Assembly (NCBI RefSeq): GCF_001194135.2
Contig: NC_068985.1
Coordinates: 73,541,406 to 73,605,405 of the forward strand
DNA from: Octopus bimaculoides
Lineage: Eukaryota
Direction: 5' to 3'
DNA: 64,000 nt
This document shows, piece after piece, positions 25,229-38,859 of the stretch. Under the pieces are notes generated by a model, which did not search any database, was not told where the DNA came from, and worked only from the letters and a program-made list of their open reading frames with translations. The first letter of the stretch is position 1; the number at the start of each line of letters is the position of its first letter. The position numbers and the translations under genes were made by a program.

Positions 25229-27865
25229 TCCGAAAAAGGGAATGGGCATACCAAATGGTGTGTCTGTGCAGTCGGTGAAATGCAATGTGGATGTGCATGG
25301 TAATGGTTCATGTTGCACATATGGACAGTCGTGCAATGTACCATCAATAATCATCCAATTATCCATTTCTAACAGTTGTGTCATGTCTTGGTCACCCATG
25401 GTTTATTGTAATTCGTGTTATAGTGAAATTCGTGCTATATTAAATATTGATTGTATAAATCGCTTTTTACATGTCGCTGCAGTATATTCTACATACGAAA
25501 CACAGCACAGAAACTAAATACCTATCATTCCGTCAGAAATGTCTGCGGTTGCGCTAAAATTATTTTCAGGCTTTCAAAATGTTTCTACCATCATAAACTA
25601 ATGTCCAAGATTTCGAGTTGCTTGTTTGTAGGCTTGTGATATAATGGGAAAGTGTAGATATACATAAAAATTAACAAAAGTCATTTACATATGACGTCTG
25701 TGCATTTCAAATGAAAGAAAATTATAAAATATGTCTGAAGGATGATCAGGCATTTTCTTTTTAGTCGTATCATTGGAATCATTAAGTTAAATTTCCCAAA
25801 CACGTAATGTTATTATAACATTATAAATTGTCTGAAAGGTATCATAAGTATTATTTTATTTTGCTTTTGTATTCTTTCACGTTGTTTGTCGGATTGTTAG
25901 CATCTGCTTTATGAAATTCTTGTCTCACAATAATATGACATATAAATCTATTTGATTAGTCGGCTTTATTATCTTTCCACTTTAAAGTGCCTGATCTATT
26001 GTACTTCTTTACAGTAAATAGAGTATTTTTCAGACATTGTTTCTACCTTAGCCATTATTTCATATACGGCTAAAACAAATATTGATGGTAATTAATTATC
26101 TACAGGTAATTATCGTGTTTCAAGTGTCACTGAGGTTATTTAGATTTCGACAAGTCGACAAAATATTACTCATATACTGCGTTCATTATAATAACTATGC
26201 CCTCCCTAAAACACGTTATTTTTGTTACTGTTAAGAATAATTATAATTATAATAATTTTCGGATGAACCTTTTTTTACATTCTCGTATGCCAAAAATGTA
26301 TTACATTGCAATCTAAATCAGATGGTTGTTTAAAAAAATATGGTTGTTTGGATGCGTTATATAGAGCTAAGAAGCTTTTCGTGTTTTACTCCGTTTTGAG
26401 GCAAAACAGATATTACATGATTTATTTTATGCTTGGTGAATTTTTAAAAAATCATTGAAAGCATGGCAGCCACCTAAGTTGTACTTGGAAGATAGTCTCC
26501 AGAAAGGCGGACGCATTAGGTACACAAACAAAATACCTACTGTTTATAAAAGACCAACAAGAAAATAAGGCACCCGTTACACAGATACGAGTTTTTCTAA
26601 AACAGTCATTCGCATTTTCCCATATATCTAGGTGGTAAAAGCTAGAATCTGAACAACAGAAATGGCAGATTGATTTGCGAGAAACAAGGACTGAGCATTG
26701 GTTGGCGCTCTCAAAACTGATATAATTGAATGTGTTGAATGACAGTAGCTTATTGTCTGAGGAAATATATATGAGATTTAGCAAAGATGAAAATAGTAAA
26801 CTTCTGTTTTGTTAAATTCAGACCGAGCTTTCTTATGCAGCCCCCACACAAAACGCACTTTGAGGGGGTATGTTAATCATTGCCATTCCTATTGACAGGT
26901 GTAGCTTATCTGGAAGTACCTAGCGGTTATTGGAATTAACGGCGACGGAGGATAGCATGTGCAGTGAGCACATCACACAGCTTCAAACAGGGATACTGCA
27001 ATATATGGGGGATTTGAATACAAGGGTTACAGCCAGAAATATTCTTAGAAATGTCGCACAGCTACCTCTCAATTTTAGAATCCGATACGTGAAGATGGCG
27101 AGCGTGGAGCTGACAGTAAAGGCATGCTTATTGGCTGAGATCACCCTATCTTTGCAAGTCATCGTGACCTCCGAGGATCACATCACAGAGTTATGCTGAA
27201 GCTGTGGCCCATTCTCAAGGTAGATAAAAGAGTACTTGTGTACTTTCTACCTAGTGGACTGATAAAGTTGATTAACGGAGCAGATTACAGCAGAAGAGCA
27301 GCAATAATAACAGCAAATATTAAATATGTCCTTCGCAGAAGACAACAGGTTATAACTACTAGATAGCTACAAGTCTCTTCTCGTCATAAATGTCTGGATC
27401 TGAAATGTCCAGACAGCCAATGAGCTTGGAAGTATTACTAGCCAAAGAAACATAAAGCATTGAAAACACAAAAATATCTGTTACTTTCCTTATAGCTATT
27501 CCGCATGCTTTGTTTTCCGCAGATGTAATATCTATTGAAATACCATATGATTAATTGGTTCTTTTTATGTACATTTCTTGAAATTCTTGGTATTTTTGAA
27601 TAATTTCAATGAAATGCTCTCATGAAGGTTTACTATCCTTTATTTTATTTCTTTTGCTCTTCTCAGACTCTATTTATCACGCATATGTTTTGCTGCAGTT
27701 AAGAATGCCGACCATTTTCCAGTTGTTTGTCAGCAACATTTAATCTATTTCATTTCAGTTAATTTGGAAACGTGGCATCAACACTGAAAGCAATACAGGT
27801 ATCTGGTACTACTGTCGTCTAATCGATTGTTGATGATAAGCATCAGAAAGTTAAGCGACCCACAT

Positions 27866-27942
<77 letters not shown>

Positions 27943-28008
27943 GGAGAGGGAGAGAGAAGACTGCTTGTGACTGAGAGAAAAAGCAAAAACGAGAAAGGAA
28001 TATTGTTT

Positions 28009-28063
<55 letters not shown>

Positions 28064-28882
28064 TAAACCATCTCAACTAGAGATGTTAAATAAAGATAAG
28101 AAAAAGCAATATTTAATAAGACCATTGGACATTAACAATACCTAAAAAAAATCAATGATAGTAGTTACTATAACAAAACAGACACCGATAACTATTCGAG
28201 AATGATATTAACAGTTGTGACTTAAAGCGTTGCGAGAATCACCAAAAATACAGATTCAACAACCATAACTACAATCCCAGAAACAGCAGCAGCTTAAAGC
28301 TATAACACTTATAACACGCAGAAGAAATTCTAAATAAACAAATCATTTGGTTTTTCGTAAATTCTGATTAGATTTGTCTGATAATGTCATAACATTATCT
28401 CGGATCATACTAGGCCTTGTCTCTTCGATTGGATAAATAAATAAACGTGGTCCTTCCTCATATTTACATGGAAGATAAATAATAAATATTGCATATTGAT
28501 TTTAGAATCGTCCATATCTACGGTTGAGTGTCTTTTATGCTAATAAACACATTGGGCTGAATAACCTAGTGATGATGGTAGGCAAGTCAAAGAGACAGCA
28601 TGCAGTATTGTTGCTGTTATCACTATCTGACCGATATGTCTGATATGAGACACATATACTCCATAGAAGATAGTGGTAGTCAACAATTGTTTTATTTCAT
28701 ATTATATCTTATGCATGCTATGGGGAATTTTATAATGAAGAGTGTGTATTGTCAATAAGTACAAAAGGAAAATGAAGTAGAACTGTAACAAATATATACG
28801 TCTGAAAAACATCTGTAGAGCAGATTGTTAGTGACTTGAAAAACTGTGCATATATATTATATACATATACATATATTCATAA

Positions 28883-28967
<85 letters not shown>

Positions 28968-29659
28968 CATACACATACATATACACACACGTATATATTT
29001 ACACGCATATATACACTCTCTCTCTCACACACGCACACACATATATATGCAAACATCAAAATGCACATAAAGTATGGTCATTAATGTGTCAATATATGCA
29101 AACACACGTTATACATCTATAAAATGTATTCATGTTGTTTAAATGTTCATATAAGCATAGACTCCTTATCCTTAGTATACATTTATTTGTGATTATGTCT
29201 GAGCACATGTTAACATAGTTCTCTGTGTACTAAAATAATGTGAGAAACTATTAAAATATGTACGTTCAAATCCACGTAAATACTATGCACATATGACCAT
29301 GCAATATTTTTTATGTATACTAAAAGTATACAAATACTTCATAGATGTTTGCCTCTATAATTATGTACATTGTATTCTAATTGTAAGTTTTCACCAGGAT
29401 TCATGGACTTCAAAACTAAATTTTTTCTTTTGCTTTATCGAATATTTTGTCTAATTGCAATGAATGTAGTTTTATTCGTATTACTGTAAATAGACACAAT
29501 GTTTACTTGCTTTTACGCCTATTGTAACTTGGATTCGCTTCCCTGGTGATTTCCTATAGAGTTTGTTGTTTACAAAAAGCTTTTAGACATAAAAGAGGGA
29601 GAAAATATAAATGACTGTTTATAAGCTAAAATAAAATAGCTGAATTCTTAGAAGAGCGT

Positions 29660-29860
29660 AAGACGGCGAGGTGGCAGATCTGTTAGTACGTTGGGCAAAA
29701 TGCTTAGCAGCTTTTCATCTGTTGTTAGATTCTGAGTCGAAGTCGACCGCGTTTCATTCTTTAGGGGTCGTTAAAATAAGGCCCATTTGAGAACTGGTGG
29801 TCAATGTAATCGACTAGCCCGCTCCGCCGAAATTTCCGACCTTGTGTCACAAATTGAAGT
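29660..29860 (+). mobile_element. SINE family A
   Basis: ggcgaggtggcagatctgttagtacg...aaatgcttagc...ggggtcgttaaaataag...tgtaatcgact. Confidence 0.75.
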
Positions 29861-31104
29861 CTATATGAGGGGAAAAATCACGGTTAAATATGAAAAAGTT
29901 AACGGACACAACTACTTATTTGGGAATAAGTTCAATTTTAACATGAAAATAGCAGCAAAGCTGCGTAATAGTAGTGTCAAACGCGGCATGCAGACTGTCA
30001 TACAACTTGTTTGACATTGCGTTTTTATTCTTATCTTCCGTGTTCATACTCCTCTTTTGTAAACTTGAAACTGTTTACAAATCCCAAACATCTTATGAAC
30101 ACGCGATAGGGAGAAGTGCATCGCGCTCCGATTGTTGCGAAAACAGTTATGAAATTTCTGAAGGGTAACTATATTTCATGACTTAAAAATATTCTACTTA
30201 CTTATTTATACTTTGGCACCGCAAATAAACGGTTCTCAAACTGACACAATACGACACATTTGTTAGAAAGTTGTACCTGCTTAACAGTGATCTCTTTACT
30301 TGACAGACTTCATATGCATCAAAATGAGAAATGTATCTCGTTCATGTTCTCACGGTTGCAGCAAAATTGCTATGCATTTAGTCATAAAACATTTCTTCTA
30401 CATTATTATTTAATTAGATATATAACCTGTTAATTAACAGATGGTAGACATTTAAGGAATAAACCATTAGAGCGTTCGAGAAAACACCTTGCGGTATTTG
30501 TTTTGGCTCTTTGTGTTCTGGGTATAAATTAGTTTTAGGCTGGGTTTACATTACCTTCTTCAATATCATCAGTAGTAGTCAAGAAGTTAAGATCGAGCTA
30601 GTACAAATATTCTCTCCTGCAAATTTCTGATCGCATGTCTGATCATTAACATCACGTTGATCATAGAATAATACAGTTATTTTATTCTATCGGGCTGTAG
30701 CCTGGTCCGTATTTTCAGTTAAACGAAACTTATAATAACGTTGAGTATTGACTGACTTGATATAACCATTAATCATGAGTTTAGTGTTCTGAAACCATTA
30801 TATCTGTGACACTTGAGAACAAACATTTCTAATTTAGCACAAGCTTCAAAATTTTAAAAGGAAGTAATCTAATCGATTGAGTCGATCCAACTTTAGCTTA
30901 CTAAATATAACTACCGAAACAAATTTTAAACGTTTGAGATTTCCTTCGTCACTTCAAGAAAACAAGAACATAGCGGTGATCGAGAATGACTCATAAAATT
31001 GAATAATTATTGTAGAAAACAAATTAACTGGACAAGTATACCCGCACAGACATTTCTATAATAGCGCACCGTAAAACTCCTTGTGTTGAAATATACATAC
31101 ATAT

Positions 31105-31163
<59 letters not shown>

Positions 31164-31997
31164 TACATACATACATACACGCATATATACACGTGTATGT
31201 GTGTCTATGTGTGTTATGTGAGTGCGCGCGTCTGTGTAGGGATCACTTATCTTTTCTGAATAGGAACGAAATAGGCATAAATTATAACTCATATTATTTT
31301 AATTTCTAATGAAGTGGGAAAAGACAGGTTTCCATATTCTGTGATATTATATCAGTAAAATTTATAAAATAGAACTTCAGAGAAAAACGCCATTAGCGTC
31401 TAATAAAAGGTGTTCCTCTCCTGGTGGAATTAGATATATAAAGGAGAGTCAAGATATGTTAAACCGAGAGTAAATGAGAAACAGGGAGAGATAGAAAGAA
31501 GGTGATTACTGTTAGGTAGCTTTGGAAAGTGACCAAGTATATCAATGGCTATAGGCTGAAACATAGGAATTGGTATAGTAAATTTATCTAAGTTTGATTC
31601 CACATGCCAATTATCTTTTGTTTCGTGATGCGTTACAAGTTATGCATGCATTGAGGTGAATACTCTTCATGCGTCGAGAATTCGAGGGTGCGAGAAATTC
31701 CGTAGGATAACGAAGAGACGAAATTCCGTACGATGATGAAGATGACGAAATTTCAGGATTAAATGAGTAAGTGGACCGTCTGTCGTATCAAAGCAGGTAT
31801 AATCACCGCTATTACGAAGTACTTATTGAGAGAGTCATGCCAATTTACTAAGACTGTAACACTCCTTCCCATTCCCAGTGGGAAGCGATGCGTTGGAGGA
31901 GCAGTATTTGTTGTTTATATATGTAATACAGCGTTCAGGGAGTATTAGAAAACATTTAACTATCTTCAAACAGATTAAAATGTTTTTATCTTTTCAG

Positions 31998-32058
31998 ATT
32001 GCCCGTGATAGATAAAATGCTTCCACAAGAAATAGGAGGATATTCATTGTTCCGATAA
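31998..32058 (+). CDS. Candidate terminal exon
   Basis: Acceptor tgtttttatcttttcAG. Reads (E)LPVIDKMLPQEIGGYSLFR* if spliced from the perfect donor GA|GTAAGT at 31766/31767. Confidence 0.3.
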
Positions 32059-33502
32059 GTGTGGAATTCAATCATTTAGAAATTGCCAACTCTCAAAATG
32101 TTGTAAAGTCATTTTGTACACAAAGTTCGCAAAGACCTGAAAGCTTCTGACGAGAATTTCATCTGCTTCAAAGAGGAAATAACATTCTAAAATTTCTGTC
32201 CCCAACGCCCCCCCCCCCAACAAAAAACGCACTACAGTTAATTCAACACTTTCAAAGCATTATCCATGATTGCTTAGTTGGAATAGCTTTATTAAATTAT
32301 TAAATACGCCAATACAAACCATATTTCAGGCGCTTAAAACGTCGGCCAGGGGATGCTTCTCGCTGGAGCATTTTGAACACCTAAATACAAACAGTCATTG
32401 GTTTGTATGTTAATTAGCGTTGTTTGATATTTAGACTTAAGATGTGCACGTGATGAAACTCTGCTTCAAATATTAATTCAAAACATAACACAAATTAATG
32501 TGTCAGTATTAACTTACCACCAAATATAAATTTGGAGTGATTTAAAAATTCCGTTCAGTAAATCGTTAATCTGTACTTGTAAATAAGTTCACCTACATTT
32601 TTCCAACTTATTAGTATAAAACCCCAAATCCATAAAAGTGAATATTTCAGAAATTGTATTAAAAGCATTAAATAATTTTGAAATTGACTGACGGATTCTG
32701 GTTTTCAAATATAATTCATAAGTAATTTTCACGTTCTGCGTTTGAAGTTAAAGACATTTTATAAGACAAAGCTTTGTAACTTGAAAACAGTGGGAGATCA
32801 TTTATGAGAAGCTAGTTATTCACAATGATAATTTCACATTTAAAGAATTTAAGGGAAAAAAATTATATTTATTATACTTTTATTCTTCATTTGAAATGTA
32901 ATGTTAAATTAATGTAATATTGGTTACAAATGGTAATTTCCGAACTCAATTCTTTTTATTCAAGAAACGTGATATTTGTGTTGTTAAGAACACCGTTGTC
33001 TGAATCTAACAAAAACTGTTTACTTTGTCATCTCCCTCACTTCAGAATGTATCAAACTCCATAATCCCCAAATATGCCTGAAAATCTGCATAAAGTGTTT
33101 TAAATATTTTTCTTTGTTGTACTTTGTCTTGAAAAGGGATAATAATTTTTATGATTAATGATAAAATTATACAAAAAATTGACATTTTCCCATATAATAT
33201 TTGTTTGTGCATAACGCATTGGTAAATAATAAAAGTTGCAAAATATCTTTTCTACAATATACAAGTAGGCCATTTTGAGCTCCAGTCACCGCTGGTGCAC
33301 AATCTGTCGAAACAGAATTGGGCTTTATACATAAATGCTTCGAAGTTACGAATTTTCTATGTAGATTTAGTTTCTCCAGTTGCAGTTTCTTGCTCCGTAA
33401 TACTGTTAAGTGTTCCTTCGCACCATAATTAGAAAATAGCGAAATAGCGTATATATATTTAATTGAGCCAACTTACAGGCTTCCGTCGATTCACCTAGAG
33501 CA

Positions 33503-33504
<2 letters not shown>

Positions 33505-33562
<58 letters not shown>

Positions 33563-33629
33563 TGTAATAGTAATAATAGTAGTAGTAATTGTAATAGTAC
33601 TAGCAGTAATAGTTGTAGTAGTATTAGTA

Positions 33630-33716
<87 letters not shown>

Positions 33717-33725
33717 ATAGTAGTA
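33505..33725 (+). repeat. (TAA)n/(TAG)n compound microsatellite
   Basis: Directly visible. Confidence 0.95.
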
Positions 33726-34310
33726 GAAGTAGATGCCCTGTCGCAGTACCAGGCAATGGTTCTCATGGCTTCTGATCTCAACTTATTGGAACTGTTACCA
33801 TGTACACCGTTTTGTCTTGGTATAGAACATGAGCTACAGTAAATATTGTGTTCAATACCACTGATTTGCTTGTCAGTTGTTTGACCGTAACCAGTTGAAC
33901 ATGCCACTCAGTGGTTGACAATATGTGCATCTGTGATCAAGAGCAGAAGTAGTGGGGGAGCATCATGACCATGTGTTGAGAGGAATTCTTTTGTGTCTTG
34001 AATAATTCACCTCTAGAAACATGGTTGTTTCATTCAACGTCCTTAGTTCACTCTTATTGAGGGACCTTTTGAGCGGGACGGGCTACTCGACCTGAAGAAA
34101 ATTCTGACTGGGCCCCACCTGCAAGGTCATGCGCTGTTTATCTTGATATCAGATCATCATGTCAGGCACACATGGTTGGGATGCACGTACCTGGTATACC
34201 CTTATCTGACGGGTAGTCATGATGGGTATTCTGAGCTTCGTATACTTGTACTTCAGTGTCACTTTCATAACATGCACTTCTCTCTCTCTTTCTCTCTCTC
34301 GCATTCAATC
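33726..34310 (+). mobile_element. Non-coding interspersed repeat of about 580 bp next to the TAA/TAG array, probably a non-autonomous element
   Basis: I recognise it as an abundant octopus repeat (ctcatggcttctgatct...gcagaagtagtgggggagcatcat...gggccccacctgcaaggtcatgcgctg). It has no credible ORF. Strand and class are inferred. Confidence 0.5.
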
Positions 34311-34314
34311 ATAA

Positions 34315-34915
34315 GAAGGGATGTATTCACAGACACGACAGAGTTGGGACCTATATACTCTGGAAGATATGCCAACACTATGGAATAACAACAGAAAAAA
34401 GATGGTATAGGCACACTCCAGAAAAGGTCACAGAAAATGAGAAAGTAACCATACTATGGGATATGTCAATACGCACACGTAGAGAAATGAAGGCCAATAG
34501 GCCGGATATTGTTGTCAGAGATCATTAAAAAAATGTTTTCTAATCGATGTATCAATATCAACATATGATACTCTTTCTCTAAAAGAAATGGAGAAACTTT
34601 CAAAATACAAAGACCTGGTAATAGAGATAACTAGAATGTGGAGTCTATAAGCAGAAACAATTCCTATGATAAGAGGCGTATTAGGTGTGATAGAAAAATA
34701 TTCAGACAAATACATAGAAAAACACCAGGACTAACAAGTGTTTATAACACACAAAAAATAGAACTACTAGGCACCACGCACATCCTACGTAGAACACTTT
34801 CAATACAGTAACAATAAGAGCATCACAACAAACCACTGCACATACCGAAGGCACACAGAGCTGCGCTCGGTAGTGCAGTGGAAGCACGTGACAAAAACAA
34901 CACTACTGAATAATA
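34315..34915 (+). mobile_element. 5'-truncated R4/Dong-type non-LTR retrotransposon (RLE domain and 3' UTR)
   Basis: HDRVGTYILWKICQHYG...ILWD...ANRPDIVV...LIDVSI...KEMEKLSKYKDL...LLGTTHILRRTLS, followed by a TAA-rich tail to about 34995. Confidence 0.85.
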
Positions 34916-35189
34916 ATAATAATGATAATTATAATAACAGTAACAACAATAATACTACTATTTATAATAATGATAATAAGAATAATTATATAATGAGGCA
35001 GATTGTAAGTGTTGTGTCGACGCCCCCAAGCGAAGAAGGAGTTCGTCCAAGACATATAAAGAAAGGTAGTCTGGCCGTGGTAGGGAATTGAGTGACTGTT
35101 GAGTAGCTCTTGGGTAGCAGTCGAGTAGAGATCATCTGAAGGTGCTAGATAGCAGTAGCTTGAGACAGAACAGTAAGAAAGCCAGACAA

Positions 35190-36470
35190 TCGAAATACCA
35201 AATAGGCAAACAACGAAAGCAGTTGAGAAAGAGCAGTGCTATAAGTGTTTGGGAATGTTGGAAGCATATGAAATAAAACATGAGGTGTTGAAGCAAATTA
35301 ACAGTAGAGTGAGAAAAATATTGCGGTCAAAGTTGAATTGGAAATCTCTTATTAAAGCAATAAATGAGAGGGCAGTACCCGTAAACAGATATGGATTTGA
35401 AATAATTTTAGATTGAAGCAAAAGTGACATACAAAAACTTGACCGAAAAACCTGAAAGCTGTTGGCAATGTATGGAGCCTACCATCCGAAAGCTAATATT
35501 AACCAGCTGTATTTGAAGAGACAACAGGGTCGAAGAGGTTTAATGGTTGTACAAACATGTGTTACTGAGGGAATGATAATGCCTACTAGAGTATTTTCAG
35601 AACAGCACAAACAATTTACTAAAGGCAGTGAATAAAGAACTGGTGATCATGTGTGAAATAGTAGAAAAAGACAAGACGTAATTGAAAGAGAGCATGTTAA
35701 ACAGATTGAAGGAAAACGTTTTGTATGATGGGTTTTGGAAAACCAATGAAAATGTCTGTGGAACAAAAAACAGGCATAGTTGAAGACGGGCTATTGAAGA
35801 AGGAAACAGAAAGCATAGATGTAGCAGTTCAAGATCAAGAGTTAAAAACAAATAACATGAGAAAATATGTATATGGCGAGAAGGTCTCAGTAAAATGCAG
35901 AGTGTGTAGAATTTGGAATGAAAGTATGGCATACTTTATCGCAGGATGTCCTAAGTACTTGGTGTAATCAATGAGTTCAAAGCGAGGTAAAGTCGGATAA
36001 ATGTAATATTTTATGGGATTTTCCTTATGTAAACGGATAAGCTAGAAAATAATATACCAGATATAACAATAACAGACAAGGAAAAAATGAAGTTGTTTGC
36101 TCATTGCTTATTGTGTTCGTTCGATTCCAGGTTTAGAAAGAAAGAAAAAAATTTAAAATGCAATCCCTTAAAATTTGAAATTGCGAGAATTGGTATATGA
36201 AGACTTTAAAGGTTGTGTCTGTAAAAATCAGTGCATTAAGAACTGTGAGCAATGATATAGAGAAATGGTTGAAGGAGATTGGAATGGAATATCCTGTTGA
36301 GATTCAACAAAAAAATTGCCGCTTAGGGACAGGAAAGATTATCAGAGAGGTTTTGTACGTTTGAAAGATTACTGAAATCTTAGATATCAAATATTATAGG
36401 TAGTAACACGCTACCCGCATAAATTCTACCAAGAATAAGAACAAACCTGTATCAAATCGACTACTGATAC
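35190..36470 (+). mobile_element. Second decayed R4/Dong-type element (end of RT, zinc knuckle, RLE)
   Basis: YKCLGMLE...RVRKILRSKLN...IKAINERAVP...LDRKT*KLL...LYLKRQQGRRGL; QDQELKT...KCRVC...IAGCP; terminal LGTGKIIREVL. Confidence 0.8.
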
Positions 36471-36847
36471 TAATGATGAGGTGTGTGGATGAGTGTGCGT
36501 GCGTGCATATGTATATATGCTGTATATACATGTACATAAATGCATACATACACACATACACACACTAATATATATGCGTGTGTGTGTACGATAACGAAGG
36601 TGGCTAGACGTAATATAAAACTAAAAAAGGAACAATTCAGTTATCACTAATTGTGATTCAGGGTGCAGAGTAGCTCCTACATGGCAAGAAACAAGAGTCA
36701 AAGACCGTTATAGCCACAAAAAGCACATTGTGTGTGTACTGAGCGTAGAGATAACCGCTACGCAGCGAGCGAGGTCACTATACTAGCAAACCAGTTTCAC
36801 TTGGAATTAAAACTCATTAGTAGTGATCACTCCTTCGCTGATGGTTA

Positions 36848-36950
36848 AGCTAAATCCTACCTGTCAGTATATAGTTAAATCCTACCTGTCAGTATATAGT
36901 TAAATCCTACCTGTCAGCATATAGTTAAATCCTACCTGTCAGTATATAGT
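36848..36950. repeat. Four tandem copies of a 25-bp unit
   Basis: agttaaatcctacctgtcagtatat repeated four times with two single substitutions. Confidence 0.95.
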
Positions 36951-37100
36951 ATTTACCATATGAATTAATGGATGATTCGCAGAAATAGTAATGTTAAAAT
37001 TATAAAATAACGAAGGTGTTACCTGCACCATCGGTTAGTATTATTCTTTTATTCACTTACTTGTTTCAGTCATTTGTCTACGGTCATGCTGGAGCGCAGC

Positions 37101-38640
37101 CATCGGTGTCAGTGTGGCTATGGACGTGGCGGGACTCTTCATTACCTGGTGGGACAGGAAACTGAAACAAGGTCTTGAGAAACACTCGGTAGCAATCAAA
37201 CTGTACGGGAGATATGTGGATGACATCAGCATCATAGTCAAAACACCATTGAACAGTGAAACTGAAGAGAACGAGAGAAGCATGATGGAAAGCATCCAGC
37301 GTGTAGCTAATTCCATACACCAAAGCATCAGAGTAACAATAGATTACCCAACAAAGAACCAAAACAAGAGACTCCCGGTTCTTGTTACAGAGCTTTGGCT
37401 AGAGACCATTCATAACAAGGTTCAAATCCTCCACAATGCCGACAAGTTCCAAAGGGTAATGTTTGTAAAAACCGAACCACACGGGGAACTAGCCCACAGA
37501 TTTATAAAACTCCTGAAGTTGAACACAAAATTCATGGAAAACCCAGGGAAATCCATCAAGTCAATAATATGCAAAACGTACTCCTTCAGAAAACACACGT
37601 GTGTAGAGGAGAACTGTGTAGTGTGCAAATATAGCCCTGGTGTCAACTGCAAAACCAGAAATGTGGTTTACCGAATAATTTGCATGGATGGTGATTGTAA
37701 AACCCGGAAGACTACATACTCAGGTGAAACGGCAAGAAGTTTGGCCGAGCGTATAAATGAAAATTGGAGGGAATACAGGGATCACAGACAAACTTCATAC
37801 TCTACTAGCATGCCAAAGAACAACATGGTCATGTGCTGAACCGAATTAGCATAGAAATCCTGTCTAGACACCCGGATGACGCATCGCTATGACAGATATG
37901 AGCCTTAGTCTTGATAAACGAAACACGACCGGTTTTGAATAATAAATACTTTCATTAGGCAGAGACCTTACAAATAGCCATGGACGCGCACACGCATACG
38001 CACATACGCACACATACACATAGAGACAAACAAGGACACAGAAATACCCCCCCGCTCACACAGATAAACACATACGCATACGCACACATACGGAAACATG
38101 CATACAGAAGTACACACGCACACACAAACACACAGGAACTCACGCACATATGAATGCAAACATATACACACAAAGACATAAACACATAAAGACATACTGA
38201 GACGCAGACACACACTCATACACACACATACACGCAAACACAGATACACAACACACACTCGTACACACATGACGTCCTATACACACATGCACACGCGCCT
38301 GCATACGCATGCTAGTGCTCACGCATAGATATCAATTCATTCAACATTTATGAAACAAAGAAGACGGTTAAACTGTCTTTGAGAGAAACGTTATATGGAT
38401 GAAAGTGTGTATTTGTGAATAAAACAAAGAGAAAACTGAAACCGCTATCTTATGTATATGAAAAATGACATAGTTAGTATTCAAGAAACACACACACATG
38501 CAGACATACACACACTCACATTCCCATCTCGGACAGATCTCGGACGAATCCTAACACTGGAACATAAGTTCAAAAGAAACGGAAGTAGAGAGACGTGTCA
38601 CTGAAGAGATTGCATCAATGCAATGAAATAATGATTTCAC

Positions 38641-38669
<29 letters not shown>
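37101..38669 (+). mobile_element. 5'-truncated, internally deleted Penelope-like element (RT and GIY-YIG remnants, 3' UTR, poly-A)
   Basis: ORF 37114..37839 has YGRYVDD, a Cys-rich linker (CVEENCVVC...NCKTRNVVYRIIC) and YSGETARSLAER. CUGAAGA...GAAA lies at 38601-38629 before the A-run at 38641-38669. Confidence 0.85.
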
Positions 38670-38671
<2 letters not shown>

Positions 38672-38859
38672 ACAACACTAACAATACTGAACATTTGAAC
38701 GATTAACTGTTTGACCAAAGTGTTTAACATATGAGTTTGAAAAACTAGTAAAAAAAGGCTGATCAATAAATTGGTTAACGGGGTAACTAACTCATTAACT
38801 AACAATAACGGTAACAATACAGGACCGAACCAGTGCGTGTGTTTATTATTTTTTATTTC

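Noticed and set aside
26452-27300. Relatively GC-rich stretch with ORFs of 89-110 aa, including MGDLNTRV (similar to the APE GDFN motif)
   Set aside because: The frames contain stops and no second diagnostic motif; it is probably an old relic that I cannot classify.
28560-28650. GTGATGA followed by CTGA, resembling a C/D-box snoRNA
   Set aside because: There is no convincing terminal stem and no identifiable rRNA antisense element.
36848-36950. 25-bp repeats as a possible CRISPR array
   Set aside because: The units are contiguous with no spacers, the context is eukaryotic and there are no cas genes.
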